From positions 9,536-73,535 of the IMG/VR virus record IMGVR_UViG_2568526092_000002: a DNA stretch of 64,000 bases; one strand, given 5' to 3'. A program made the position numbers and the translations under genes. Positions 48,195 through 58,695 of the stretch are shown piece after piece (within the stretch, counting starts at the first letter, position 1; each line of letters starts with the position of its first letter). The notes beneath the pieces were generated by a model, which was not told the DNA's origin, did not search any database, and saw only the letters and a list, made by a program, of their open reading frames with translations. The DNA comes from a virus. Taxonomy: Duplodnaviria > Caudoviricetes.

Positions 48195-51100
48195 TTATCC
48201 TAATTCTGATAAAGACTGCCACGTCAACTCGAGGTAATTGACGATGCCATCGCTGTTACCGACGATTCTGTTCCCCTTAACCAGGAAGTAATTGGCAGTG
48301 AACGTATTGGAATCGTATACGTAAACAGAGTCAAGCAGTTCGATTAACGGATTACCTTTGACGACTACGTTCTTCGTCCTTGCCTGACGTTTGTAATCAA
48401 AGAAAATCTTATTGGCTACGTCCTCCTTCAAGTCTCTCAAGGAGTTTCCATCGATCTCTTCAATCCAGTCCAACTGAGCGCCCGCCGTGCGGATATTACC
48501 CTTGGTTGCGATAATCAGAGACTTGTCGAAGAAGTGTTCCACGATACCCGCTGTACCGGAAATCATCAAGTGATTTCTGACACGCGAGTAATCCGTAGAA
48601 GAAGTAACTTCCAGTAGATTCTCTCCATCAATGAACTCCCACTTCATGCCCGCTACCATAGCCCAGTCTGGTGAATCGAGGAAGTCCATCTTCTCCATTC
48701 GAAACGTCCCATACCTGTCGCAGTAGGCACGGTAAGGAATATCTTGAATAAGGGACTGTACGGCATCTGAAGCGTTCGTACCTATTGGGAAGGATACACT
48801 TGCCACGAACGGATTCTGCCAGCCGCCCACTTCCATAATATTCTCCTGAGTCACGGCCTCAAGTTCTCCGCTCTCCTTATTAAATTTCATGAAGGTGTTC
48901 TTCCCTTTGTTCACGTCGATGTAAACTGTGTCCTCAATCACGTAGTCAGGGTTGCTCATATCCTCCGAATGAAACTTCCAAGCGCTCATTCCTGCATGGA
49001 CAACAATGTCTTCTACAATGCTTGATTTAATCCAGGAGAATGCCCCGCCATCTCCTGCATAAGCTTCTTCCGGCGGGTAATGCATAGGCTTGTAGAAGAT
49101 AAATTCCTCAAGCATGTCGTACCTGTCCACACAGATAAACGAGACGGTCTTCTCGTCAGAGTTCTCCGTAATTTCGCCTTTAATCATTCCAGTGAATACA
49201 CGGACAACTTCTTCCCCGTATCCCGCATAAATCCTGATTGGAGTGTACTCGCTAATAACATGTCGCAGTTCTCCTTCTTCGTAATAGCTCAACGGAGACT
49301 TGTCCGTCTTAAATGAGTCAGGGAACTCTGGTCTACGCTCCCAAGATGGAGAATAAATACCCGAAGAGTTGTCCAGCGTTAGCCGTGCGGTGCTGATAGT
49401 CGTATCAAGGTGGGTGTTGATTTCCCAACTCATTACATCTTTCTCAATGGTGTACATGTCTTCATAAACGAAGTCCCCAACTTCATACCACTTCTCGTCA
49501 TACGTGTCACCGATGGCAGTAGCTAGTTGCTCGATGGCATAGTCGTTGGCAGCGTACTTCACACTGTCGAGATACATCGTTCCATCCGTCACTGCAAACA
49601 GAATTCTGCTTTGGTACGGATAGTCGAATGCCGCCCCACGGATTCCGGTGTTAACCCAGACATCATTTATCTTCACATATACATCGATATCCGTTTGGTC
49701 ATGGCAGACTACAGTGTACTCGATAAAATCAGAAGTCGTGTTTAGCTTATACGTGCCGCCACCAGATGTATAAATTTGGTCATCCTTGATGTTCAGAAGA
49801 AACCCCTTCGTTCCATTACTAATAACTAACTTGCCGCTGGTACCGGCGGCTGTCTTCAGGCTAAAGTTAATCGTAAACGGAAACTTCTTGATTTTACCTA
49901 ACCGCTCGATACCTGCTTCGCCTCCGCTGGTTGAGATTGCTTGATAATCTCCCTTGTCCTTCTGTACAACTGTGCTGTACGGTGTCCATTTGTTGGCACT
50001 GTTCATTTCATCTTCAAAGTCCCACATCGCCTTCGACTCAATGGTCTCTACATCGAACTCTTTCGCTCTGAGCCACAAGATACCGAACTTTCCTCTCGAT
50101 GCTTTCGAGGAATTGGCGAAAGTGAATTTCACCACGTTATGTCCTTTGGGCATCGGGATGGAAGGTGGGTATGCCACTCCGTTTTTAGCGCTAACCCCGT
50201 TGATACGAACTACTTCGTAATCATTAACTGTGACAATAATTGTGTCATCCAGTTCAAGGTCAGAGAAGTATGCCCAGCCAAGGTTTCCTGCCTTAAACCA
50301 ATCGTGCTCGAAAACCAGCGTTTTTGCCTGCCCTGCCCCGCCCGTTCCGTTAAATCCGAGAACGTTCATCGAAGTCTTGTCATCAACAACGGTCATTTGC
50401 ACTGCACCGTTTGTCTCTGTGTACTTCTTGACATCAAGCGTAGTCTTCTTGGTCGTAAAATCCTTAAAGTAGGTTTGTTTAGTGGTTGTCCTGTTGTATT
50501 GGTACGTGACGATTTCCTTATCGATGCTGGCATCTCCAGTCGAGTCTGCCGTTCTTGGTTTACCATCGCCCCAAGACTTGACTCTTACAACAACGGGCTG
50601 CCTTCCAAACTTGAGGGCATTCGCCTTCGTATCATAAAGAATGTCAATTCGGTTGCCTTTGATATCCCCGCCCGTATCATCTGCAAGATACTCTCCCCAA
50701 CTCGTTCCATTGACAATCAGTTCCACTTTGCTCTTCAAAGGGATGACAGAGGGATCTACCGCAATAATCTTCCAGCTCTTCCATGTACGAACGTCTGTAC
50801 CGCCCCGTGTGATTCCAATACAGCCGGGGCAGTCTGCTACATATGCCGTTGCTTCCATGTTGTATTCCACGTAGGAGGTCGAGTCTGCCATTACCCCTGA
50901 AGCGTCCATTAGAACAGAAGCATCCTGAATGTTCCTTGGGTCAATTTTCTTGCTTGCTGTCTGAATAGTTTTCTTGCCCCGAAGGTACGGTTCAGGATTC
51001 TGTGCTACGTCGTTAAATCGTACTTCAAAGTGCAAGTGTGTTCCGTCACCGCCACCACTGGAGATGGAGTGTCCGGTATTACCTCCAAGACCTACAAGAC

Positions 51101-51683
51101 CACCTGCGTTAACCTTGTCCCCCACACTGACACTGATTTTGTTTAAGTGGGCATACCTTGTCTGCCATCCGTTTCCGTGATTGACGTAGACGACTTTACC
51201 GTACCCTCTCAAGGTGCTGGCGATGGCTACTGTACCTGTCCACACAGCGTATACAGGGTCGTTCATCGCAAGGTCAAGGTCAATCCCTTTATGCTTCTTC
51301 CGGGAACAGCGAGGGTCTGTCTCGAACCAGTCGGTGATATACATCCCGTTGATGGTACGCTCCCCATTCTCCTTCCCATGCATCGTTGAACTAGCTTTTA
51401 TTGGCATTGAGAAGTCTGCGTTTCTCAGGTCGGTGCTGGTATCAACCAGCGTACCGTCAACGTAATTCGTAATCTTCTCCGCTTTGTCGATGGATAGCAT
51501 ATCATTCACTGCACTGTCTACCACGTACTGGACTGCATCGTATTTTCTACGGAAGCCCCGCACGTATGATGTTTTGTCCAACTCTACGATTACCTTCGGC
51601 TCGTTCCCTAGCGCGTTTACACGCTCCATAATTCCTTGTAGCAATTGCCTTGAAGGGTAATTACCGTTAGATACATAAGCCAC
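48195..51683 (-). CDS. Tail-associated lysin/hub protein with M23 endopeptidase and 3D domains
   Basis: M23: HKGID...YAHL...HLHFEVR; 3D: EATAY...IAVDPSVIPL...DDTGGDIKGNRIDIL; C-terminal tail-hub-like region. Confidence 0.9.
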   Translation of the reverse strand: MAYVSNGNYPSRQLLQGIMERVNALGNEPKVIVELDKTSYVRGFRRKYDAVQYVVDSAVNDMLSIDKAEKITNYVDGTLVDTSTDLRNADFSMPIKASSTMHGKENGERTINGMYITDWFETDPRCSRKKHKGIDLDLAMNDPVYAVWTGTVAIASTLRGYGKVVYVNHGNGWQTRYAHLNKISVSVGDKVNAGGLVGLGGNTGHSISSGGGDGTHLHFEVRFNDVAQNPEPYLRGKKTIQTASKKIDPRNIQDASVLMDASGVMADSTSYVEYNMEATAYVADCPGCIGITRGGTDVRTWKSWKIIAVDPSVIPLKSKVELIVNGTSWGEYLADDTGGDIKGNRIDILYDTKANALKFGRQPVVVRVKSWGDGKPRTADSTGDASIDKEIVTYQYNRTTTKQTYFKDFTTKKTTLDVKKYTETNGAVQMTVVDDKTSMNVLGFNGTGGAGQAKTLVFEHDWFKAGNLGWAYFSDLELDDTIIVTVNDYEVVRINGVSAKNGVAYPPSIPMPKGHNVVKFTFANSSKASRGKFGILWLRAKEFDVETIESKAMWDFEDEMNSANKWTPYSTVVQKDKGDYQAISTSGGEAGIERLGKIKKFPFTINFSLKTAAGTSGKLVISNGTKGFLLNIKDDQIYTSGGGTYKLNTTSDFIEYTVVCHDQTDIDVYVKINDVWVNTGIRGAAFDYPYQSRILFAVTDGTMYLDSVKYAANDYAIEQLATAIGDTYDEKWYEVGDFVYEDMYTIEKDVMSWEINTHLDTTISTARLTLDNSSGIYSPSWERRPEFPDSFKTDKSPLSYYEEGELRHVISEYTPIRIYAGYGEEVVRVFTGMIKGEITENSDEKTVSFICVDRYDMLEEFIFYKPMHYPPEEAYAGDGGAFSWIKSSIVEDIVVHAGMSAWKFHSEDMSNPDYVIEDTVYIDVNKGKNTFMKFNKESGELEAVTQENIMEVGGWQNPFVASVSFPIGTNASDAVQSLIQDIPYRAYCDRYGTFRMEKMDFLDSPDWAMVAGMKWEFIDGENLLEVTSSTDYSRVRNHLMISGTAGIVEHFFDKSLIIATKGNIRTAGAQLDWIEEIDGNSLRDLKEDVANKIFFDYKRQARTKNVVVKGNPLIELLDSVYVYDSNTFTANYFLVKGNRIVGNSDGIVNYLELTWQSLSELG

Positions 51684-51697
51684 TTAAGCCACCTACC

Positions 51698-52741
51698 TTA
51701 TCTATATTTCTCCGTAATCCACTCGATAAATCTATTGAGGAAGGTTACCGCTTCCGCTCTTGTAATACATGCTTCCGGTTCAAACTTGCCATCTTCATAA
51801 AGTGGGAACACATAACACCCGTCATGGAATTTTTCATCTAACAGGGTCAGTACATCGTTCGAGTACCATTTGGAAAGGATAACATCCTTATCCACAATCG
51901 GTCTCAGCGGCGTATCATTGTATGTGAACGCACGGTCGGTGTACCGATTATGCAGGTTCTCGTAAATACGGCTCATTAGTGCGAAGAAGTCTCCGCGACG
52001 AATACGAACGTCTCCGAAAAATCGGTCGTTGTATGTCACCCGCCCTGATTCCACGACGACCGTTTCACTTGTACGTCTATTCACCCCATTAATTACGGCG
52101 TTATACCCTATGACAGCAGGGAAGCCATTGTACATGTATGGTAGGTAAACTTCACCTTTATGAATTACAAACACGTCACGCTGAAATCCGATAGCGTTCC
52201 GGATGACCACGCCTGCATCACTTCCTGCGCCAACAGTAACGAAAAGTCTCTTCAGCTTAACCCCAAGGACTGTACAAGACTCCGGTTGGTTGCTGTAGCT
52301 GAAGTAGTATGTAGAAGCGTACTTCAGGGTTGCGTGTGGCATCCGGTAGTCGCCTACTCCATTGTATGGGGTATTGACACACCCGATATCTTTCCGGTCA
52401 GGGATGCCATAAGCAATGACCACGACTTCGATACCCGCCGACAGTGGGTTGGTCATTGTGACTTTTCCGTTCTCTACCTTCTCAGGAAGAACCTCTACCC
52501 CGTTCACGATAACGAACACCGGATTACTCATGTGGTATTTGTAATCAGGTACAAGAAACTCTTGCTGTCCGCTTACGGTCACGAAGCGCTTAACCATTCT
52601 CTCGTACCCTTCTTTGAACACGTTGTACGTCATGCCGCTTAAGACTTCTACGTCACCTGTCAAATCCGTTCTCATACGAGTAATCTCAAGTGTGTCACGG
52701 TAATACCAATCCAGCGGATCTACGTCAATCCATCTTTTCAT
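51698..52741 (-). CDS. Tail protein with split SLH-like repeats
   Basis: WIDVDPLDWYY (N-terminus), IRRGDFFALMSR, KWYSNDV and GKFEPEACITRAEAVTFLNR. Confidence 0.65.
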   Translation of the reverse strand: MKRWIDVDPLDWYYRDTLEITRMRTDLTGDVEVLSGMTYNVFKEGYERMVKRFVTVSGQQEFLVPDYKYHMSNPVFVIVNGVEVLPEKVENGKVTMTNPLSAGIEVVVIAYGIPDRKDIGCVNTPYNGVGDYRMPHATLKYASTYYFSYSNQPESCTVLGVKLKRLFVTVGAGSDAGVVIRNAIGFQRDVFVIHKGEVYLPYMYNGFPAVIGYNAVINGVNRRTSETVVVESGRVTYNDRFFGDVRIRRGDFFALMSRIYENLHNRYTDRAFTYNDTPLRPIVDKDVILSKWYSNDVLTLLDEKFHDGCYVFPLYEDGKFEPEACITRAEAVTFLNRFIEWITEKYR

Positions 52742-52744
52742 TTC

Positions 52745-53365
52745 TTAGTACCCCCTCAGCAACTTGTCTACGTGTCGGTACGTCCGCATAAGGAACGTAA
52801 TGGATTCTGCTCTTGTAGCCGCTTCGTCCGGACGGAAGTAAACAACAGACTCCCCGTCTGCTTCCCAGTTCGTTGCGATAAGTCCAAGCTGTTGCATATT
52901 GTCGATATACTTGTTTGCCCAATGATCTTCGATATCAATGAACTCTGTCATGTACTTGTATTCAAAATCTTGCTTGCGGACAAGAGACATGCCGATGGTT
53001 ACGATGTACTTCGTTTCCATCTCAGCGGTCTTAATATCGGGTTCTCCGGTCACGATGCCGATGTAAACTGTACCCTTCTCGTCGTAATACTTATGTTGAG
53101 AGCCGATGAACTGAAGCCAGTCGGCATATTCCTTCTTAGAATAAAACAGCATGGTTAGGGTAGCGTTATAATGAGACGTTCCGTTCTGCACAAGTCCCGC
53201 AGAAGATGCCAAGGTCTGGTTGACATGGGTCTTCAGGTAAGGCGCCGGCGGTTTGTACTCCGTAATCAGCTTTGCTTTGACCTGATTAAACTGGACTCCG
53301 TTGTCGTAAAACAGTTTCTTCTTATATACCGAATCCTCTGACAAGAGGTTATTTTGTTGTGTCAT
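52745..53365 (-). CDS. Distal-tail-position protein with a C-terminal SLH domain
   Basis: First gene after the tape measure; FIDIEDHWANKYI...LGLI...FRPDEAATRAESITFLMR. Confidence 0.75.
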   Translation of the reverse strand: MTQQNNLLSEDSVYKKKLFYDNGVQFNQVKAKLITEYKPPAPYLKTHVNQTLASSAGLVQNGTSHYNATLTMLFYSKKEYADWLQFIGSQHKYYDEKGTVYIGIVTGEPDIKTAEMETKYIVTIGMSLVRKQDFEYKYMTEFIDIEDHWANKYIDNMQQLGLIATNWEADGESVVYFRPDEAATRAESITFLMRTYRHVDKLLRGY

Positions 53366-53387
53366 GGTCGTACCTCCTTATAAAATA

Positions 53388-53428
53388 ACTCCCCATCTCA
53401 TTATAAGACGGGGAGTGGTTTCGCTAAC
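53388..53428 (-). promoter_or_regulatory. Terminator hairpin overlapping candidate promoter GTTA-N17-CTTATAATG
   Basis: ACTCCCCGTCT-TATAATG-AGATGGGGAGT on the minus strand (53388-53416); the -10-like element forms the loop. Confidence 0.65.
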
Positions 53429-56400
53429 TTCTATAGTTGCTAGGATTCATAGCCTGTTGGCTACGAAGGTTTCCTACCCGCCCTACAGACAAGCCTTGTC
53501 CAATGGATTGTCCGACTTGTTGCAACTGGCGGTTTGTCATGCCGTTGGTGATGTTAGGAAGCGTGATGTTGACGGTGACATCCCCTGTACCGATGGTTGT
53601 CGTGTTGTGAGTGTTGCCACGGGTAAGGTACTCGTAGCGGCTCATAGCATTTACTCCATTAGGCATGTTGAACGTTCCCGCTGTGGATTTCATTTCATCC
53701 AAGATGCCCAACTGAGCCTGTAAAGATTGCTTTTGCAAGTCTCGAATTTCAGCGTTAATCTTAGTTGTTTCGTCCGCTCCAGCCGAAGGAAGTTTAGCTT
53801 TCAGATCGGCAATGACTTGGTTGATTTCAGATACCTCTTCCTTGGCATTGGCAATCCGCTTGTTACGAAGAATAGGCGAGGAGTCGTCAGGGTTTCCAGT
53901 CCGTAACTTGAGTTCCAGCAACTCATTCTCACGTTCAGAACTGTTGTCCTGAATCTTAGCCCTGCCAATTCCGATGGAAGCAAGATTGTACTCCTTAATA
54001 AGGGCTTGCTCATTGGCGATTTCATTCTGAAGCTGTAAAACCTGCGTTGCTTGGTCTTCGGATAGGTCTCCGATGGCTTGGATTGCTTGAAGATTCGCCA
54101 ACTCATTTTTCATCTGAGATAGCTTAGTCAGTGTAATCTTCTTCATGGTGTCCAAGTATTCTTGAGACTGAGTGTCCATGTTGTACGCCGCCGCCAGTTC
54201 CTTTGCTTGAGCAATAAGGTCAATGCGAGACAAACTGTTGTTAACCTTACGAACCTGACTTTGATACGAATCTTGTTTTGTGTTCCACTCTTCCCGAAGA
54301 ATGTCAACTTCCCCTTCCGATGCCACTTTATCTCTTGTCGAAGTAAGGTTATCGTAAGCAGTTTTGGCATCTTTGTACTCTTGCGACTCAGGGTCAGCGC
54401 TGTCCATGACCGTCTTGGCGTTGGCGATATACTTGTCAATGATATCCAGTTCTTCATTCAATACCTGACGCATGGATTCAGTCTGCTTCTTACGCAGTGC
54501 AATGTACTCGTCAGAGTCAGTCTTCATTCCACTCATGAGGGCACGAAGCGTGTCAATTTGGCTAGTGTCCTTAATCTCATTGATACGGTCAGAGACACGG
54601 CTTAGAACAGAGTCAGAGTCGATGGAAGGGGAGTTGACCGCACCTTTCTTGTACTTCTCCTCATAATTCTTCTTCGCAATCTCTTCGAGTCTCTTCTGCT
54701 CTGCCTCTTCAAGCTTTGATGCTTCGTACTGCTTGGTAATGGCTTTCTGACGGATCTTTTCTGTTTCCGCAGAACGTCCGGATTTGGTGTTAAACTCAGC
54801 AACGGCTTCCTCTACTGTCTGTCCGCCGCTGGCTTCCCGTTGTTTGAGCCATTTTGAAAAATCCACCTGACTTCCCGAGAATTTGAAAAAATCCATCATC
54901 TCGCCCATCATGTCGTCGCCTTCAAAGTAACCGAAGTTGGATGGAGTTCCACCGAATGCGGAAGATATCCCGTTCATTGCGGAGTAGTAAAGCCCTGTCG
55001 CGGTATTCCGAGCCAAAGCCCAAGAGGCTTCGCCTTCAGCCTGCGCATTAATCTTGTTAGACATGCCTTTCAGGTCGTTGTCACGGTCGTCAGCCTGAGC
55101 AAGTAACCTTTCGTCATCTGTTGACAGGTAGGACTCTGTCAATCCTTTAGCCGCTTGAGCGAGACCGATTGCCCCGGCAATCTCCATAGCCATCTTAGCG
55201 AAACCTCCCGCCAAGTTTTTAACAGAAACCAGAGCCCCCTTGCTTAAGTCTGGAATATCCTTCAAGAACTGTTTGAACCCATTCTTGAGGGACGCCGTAG
55301 AAGACATTCCAGAGTTCATGCCTCGTACAGCATTGGACAAATCTCCGAAGGCAGGGGAGGCTTGTCGAGCAGAAGCAGCGGCTTCCCGCTGGGTCTTCTC
55401 GTAATCATCCATCGCATTATTCAGCTTTTGGATATCGTCAATCGGAGGTAATCCGTTCCGCTGCCTGTCCACCAAGTGGTTTTCAAAGCCCTGGAATTCT
55501 CCTTGAGACATTTGGGACATCCTATTGGACAGTTCAGAGTAATTGGTATCGCTTGCTCTTTGTGTATCAAACACTCCCCGACTGGCGGTGCTGCTGTTCA
55601 GGGTGGTCAGGAGGGTAGGGGTAATGACGGAAGCCAATTCAGTTCGGGTACTTAGGCGGCTGTTGTACTGCTTCGTCCGGTCGAATTTTTCATCATCCGT
55701 CAACTCCTTGCCCGGATTCCAATTTTTAGCTTCGTCCATCGTGCTAAATAGAGTCGGCAAGTCTTTAACCTCTACCTTATTAGAATCCAGGTAGTTCTCA
55801 TAGTGCTTGCGTTGCTTTTCCGTCAATCCGTTCAAATCACGTAAATAACCACCAAGTAATGGGTCTTTCTGCATCTCCCCGACCTCTTTACGCGTCATGT
55901 TCTTGATAGAATTATCAACATTCATGCCCGATACGTTCTCCAGAAATGAAGTACGTGCAGACTCCCTCTCGAAGTTTGCACCAATCTTCCCAGCGCCCCA
56001 CTTAACTCCCTTAAGCAGCATCATCCCAATCAATACGTTAGTTAGCACATCTCCTAACTTGACGAACAATTGGGCATTCTTTGTCACGTTTTCTGCCATA
56101 TTCATAAGTGCGTAGGACACTTTATTGATGGTAGGGGTCATCTCCTGAACAAGAGCATCAAAGGCAATGGATATGCTTTGCCCTGCCCGTTTAGTGTTGA
56201 CGAGTGGGTTGTCTACAGACGACTTAACCATGTTCTCATATTTAGATTTGTCAAATTTTCCGCTAACTTCCATGACTTTAACGAACGTGTTCATGATTTT
56301 GTGCATCGTAGCCGCACCTTTGGAGGATTGGTACGTACCAAACAAAGCATCGTTGGTATTGCGGACGGTAGGGCTGTCTGCACCGGACAACTTCTGGGCA

Positions 56401-58631
56401 ATGGACTTAAACAGTTCCTCCGCTGGAACAAGAATCTTCGCTCCTGTGTCATCTACTTTCGCTAGACCAAGTTCCTGCAATTTCTTCATGGCTTCAGGAG
56501 ATTGAAGTCTGTTGGCTACTTCTGCACTGTCGTCGCCGTAGTATGGATCAACCTGTGATTTATCCATCTTGTTCAGTGCACTAGGAGACTGTAATCTGTT
56601 CAGAATGGAGTTGTAGAAGTTACTGACATTCGCCCCTTCAAGTGATTTTGCTTGGAGGGTTGTACCCGCCATAACGATTGACGTTTCAGGGTCAACTTTG
56701 GAACTTGAACTTTTCAGTGCATCAATAAGTTGCTCAATACTTGCTTTTGTCACGTCGGATACAACCGCCAAAGGTTGTGCGATTCTATCCTCCAAGTCAG
56801 CCACCTCAAGTCCAAACTGAGCCTTCGTTGACTCAAGACCATTGGCGATATTGACAGGACTACTTCCAGGGGCTAGTGTATGCAACTGAGCAGTTACGCG
56901 GACAAACTCCTTCATTTCTATAGGATCATCAAGCAAACCAGAAGCGATGCCCCCTACTTGATAAAGCTGTTTGTAATCCGTACCGTAAAACATAGACTGC
57001 TGTCTTATAAAGTTTTGCAGATCACTAACAGCACTCTCCACGCCAGCCATGTTCGTCGTTCCAAGAGGGTTGCCGTCTTTGTCTTGGTTGTATTCGTCCT
57101 TCAACTTCAAGTTCCGCATCATTTTAATCTGTTCAGGCTGAATATTCTTAAACGCCTCAACCGCTTTAGACATCGCCATCATTAGAGCATTATCGAAGGC
57201 TCCCGAAATTCTTTGACGTATGATGTTAATGATTGCCCCTTGTACAGCTTCGGCGTTAACCGCTCCCGACCCACTATCCTTTTCACTGCTACTGCTTCCT
57301 TTAGATGCAGTTCCTCCACCGTCGCTGTGACTGTCAGAAGAAGACGAACCAGAACGAGGAGTAGAAAGGCCAAGTTTTCCTGCATTCCGAATCTGAGTAT
57401 CACTGTTAAGTCCACCTGGTCCGGATTGAACCTTATTAATCTCTTGGATGATAGACTGCACCTGAACGTTTACCTGCTCACGGATTTTGTTAATCAACGC
57501 ATTGTTGATGCGGTTAATCTGATTCACGAGGTGATGCTTTAGCTTAGGTTCAGGGGTGATTTCCACATCGTGTATTGCCTTTATTAATTGGTCAATCTCT
57601 TCCTGAACATTGTTGCTCATTTTCTTGTCAAGAGCCTTAGCCACTCGTTCAAGTTGAGCCTTCAATCCAGCGCCACGAATAGAGCCTAAATCGACCGTGC
57701 CGAGCGCTTCCAGCTTGTCCACCGTCGTGTCAAGTTCCTGAGCAAGAATTTTCTTGACCTTCTTGCTCAGGTCGCCTAATGGAATCTGCATCTTGCCCGC
57801 CATTGCAGTGTTAATTCCTGCAACGGTTTTGTTGACGTATTCATTCAGGCTTTGTTCAAGTTCGTTAGGGATTCTCTTTACCTTGTCCGCAACTTCCATT
57901 CCGCTCATGTCAGGAACTTCAACATTTATTGCCTTCAACAATTTTTCCTTAGCTTCCTTGATTACCTTGTTCAAATCTGCCTTGGAAATTTTCATGTCAC
58001 TGGCATCAGCTACGTCAGGGTTCTGAAGAATACTCAAAATCTTTTGTTTGATTTTATTGACGAAAGCCATGACCGTTTCCTTGCCAATCGTAATCTGTAA
58101 ACTGTCAAGAGTTTCCGATTTCATCAGATTGGATTTTTGCTTTTGGATAGCACTGACAAGGTTGCGAATTTGCAGTTTGATGACCTTGGCTACTTCTTTA
58201 TTAATCTCGTTAAAGTCATCTTTACTGATAGGAAGCTTCTGTCCGCTGGCGTAGTTAGGGTCGATTTCAATGTGCATGTTACGAACGTACGTCCGCAAAT
58301 CCTCGTTGATTTCATTTTCTACTTTGCCCAAGATACCTTGAAGAGTCTCAGGTTTAACCGTGAGCCCAGCCGAACCTAACTGCTCAAGGACAATCCCATT
58401 CCCTGCGATGAGATTGTTGAGTTCATTTGTCAACGACTGACGGAGATTGCTTCCAGCCTCACGTGATACCTGCGATTGCAAACCGGACAGGGACGAACGC
58501 ATTGCGTCAATCCGCTGCTCTAATCTACCAAAACGAGAATCGAGAGTTTCCATCTCCTGCCCATATCGAGCCATATTATCTATGGATTTCTGCAACTCTA
58601 AAATCACGTCAGTTTGGATTTTGCTGTTCAT
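53424..58631 (-). CDS. Tail tape measure protein
   Basis: 1735 aa, largely helical/coiled-coil, follows the chaperone pair; central TMP-like helical region. Confidence 0.88.
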   Translation of the reverse strand: MNSKIQTDVILELQKSIDNMARYGQEMETLDSRFGRLEQRIDAMRSSLSGLQSQVSREAGSNLRQSLTNELNNLIAGNGIVLEQLGSAGLTVKPETLQGILGKVENEINEDLRTYVRNMHIEIDPNYASGQKLPISKDDFNEINKEVAKVIKLQIRNLVSAIQKQKSNLMKSETLDSLQITIGKETVMAFVNKIKQKILSILQNPDVADASDMKISKADLNKVIKEAKEKLLKAINVEVPDMSGMEVADKVKRIPNELEQSLNEYVNKTVAGINTAMAGKMQIPLGDLSKKVKKILAQELDTTVDKLEALGTVDLGSIRGAGLKAQLERVAKALDKKMSNNVQEEIDQLIKAIHDVEITPEPKLKHHLVNQINRINNALINKIREQVNVQVQSIIQEINKVQSGPGGLNSDTQIRNAGKLGLSTPRSGSSSSDSHSDGGGTASKGSSSSEKDSGSGAVNAEAVQGAIINIIRQRISGAFDNALMMAMSKAVEAFKNIQPEQIKMMRNLKLKDEYNQDKDGNPLGTTNMAGVESAVSDLQNFIRQQSMFYGTDYKQLYQVGGIASGLLDDPIEMKEFVRVTAQLHTLAPGSSPVNIANGLESTKAQFGLEVADLEDRIAQPLAVVSDVTKASIEQLIDALKSSSSKVDPETSIVMAGTTLQAKSLEGANVSNFYNSILNRLQSPSALNKMDKSQVDPYYGDDSAEVANRLQSPEAMKKLQELGLAKVDDTGAKILVPAEELFKSIAQKLSGADSPTVRNTNDALFGTYQSSKGAATMHKIMNTFVKVMEVSGKFDKSKYENMVKSSVDNPLVNTKRAGQSISIAFDALVQEMTPTINKVSYALMNMAENVTKNAQLFVKLGDVLTNVLIGMMLLKGVKWGAGKIGANFERESARTSFLENVSGMNVDNSIKNMTRKEVGEMQKDPLLGGYLRDLNGLTEKQRKHYENYLDSNKVEVKDLPTLFSTMDEAKNWNPGKELTDDEKFDRTKQYNSRLSTRTELASVITPTLLTTLNSSTASRGVFDTQRASDTNYSELSNRMSQMSQGEFQGFENHLVDRQRNGLPPIDDIQKLNNAMDDYEKTQREAAASARQASPAFGDLSNAVRGMNSGMSSTASLKNGFKQFLKDIPDLSKGALVSVKNLAGGFAKMAMEIAGAIGLAQAAKGLTESYLSTDDERLLAQADDRDNDLKGMSNKINAQAEGEASWALARNTATGLYYSAMNGISSAFGGTPSNFGYFEGDDMMGEMMDFFKFSGSQVDFSKWLKQREASGGQTVEEAVAEFNTKSGRSAETEKIRQKAITKQYEASKLEEAEQKRLEEIAKKNYEEKYKKGAVNSPSIDSDSVLSRVSDRINEIKDTSQIDTLRALMSGMKTDSDEYIALRKKQTESMRQVLNEELDIIDKYIANAKTVMDSADPESQEYKDAKTAYDNLTSTRDKVASEGEVDILREEWNTKQDSYQSQVRKVNNSLSRIDLIAQAKELAAAYNMDTQSQEYLDTMKKITLTKLSQMKNELANLQAIQAIGDLSEDQATQVLQLQNEIANEQALIKEYNLASIGIGRAKIQDNSSERENELLELKLRTGNPDDSSPILRNKRIANAKEEVSEINQVIADLKAKLPSAGADETTKINAEIRDLQKQSLQAQLGILDEMKSTAGTFNMPNGVNAMSRYEYLTRGNTHNTTTIGTGDVTVNITLPNITNGMTNRQLQQVGQSIGQGLSVGRVGNLRSQQAMNPSNYRS

Positions 58632-58695
58632 AGTCTCACCACCCTCATAAAATAAAACTCCTGCCCCTCCCTAGAAGGAAGCAGAGCAGGAGGAT

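Noticed and set aside
49941-50900. 319-aa plus-strand ORF (also 5030..5812, 34575..35303, 41308..41937, 60144..60776)
   Set aside because: Antisense shadows of well-supported minus-strand genes, with no recognisable motifs or RBS.
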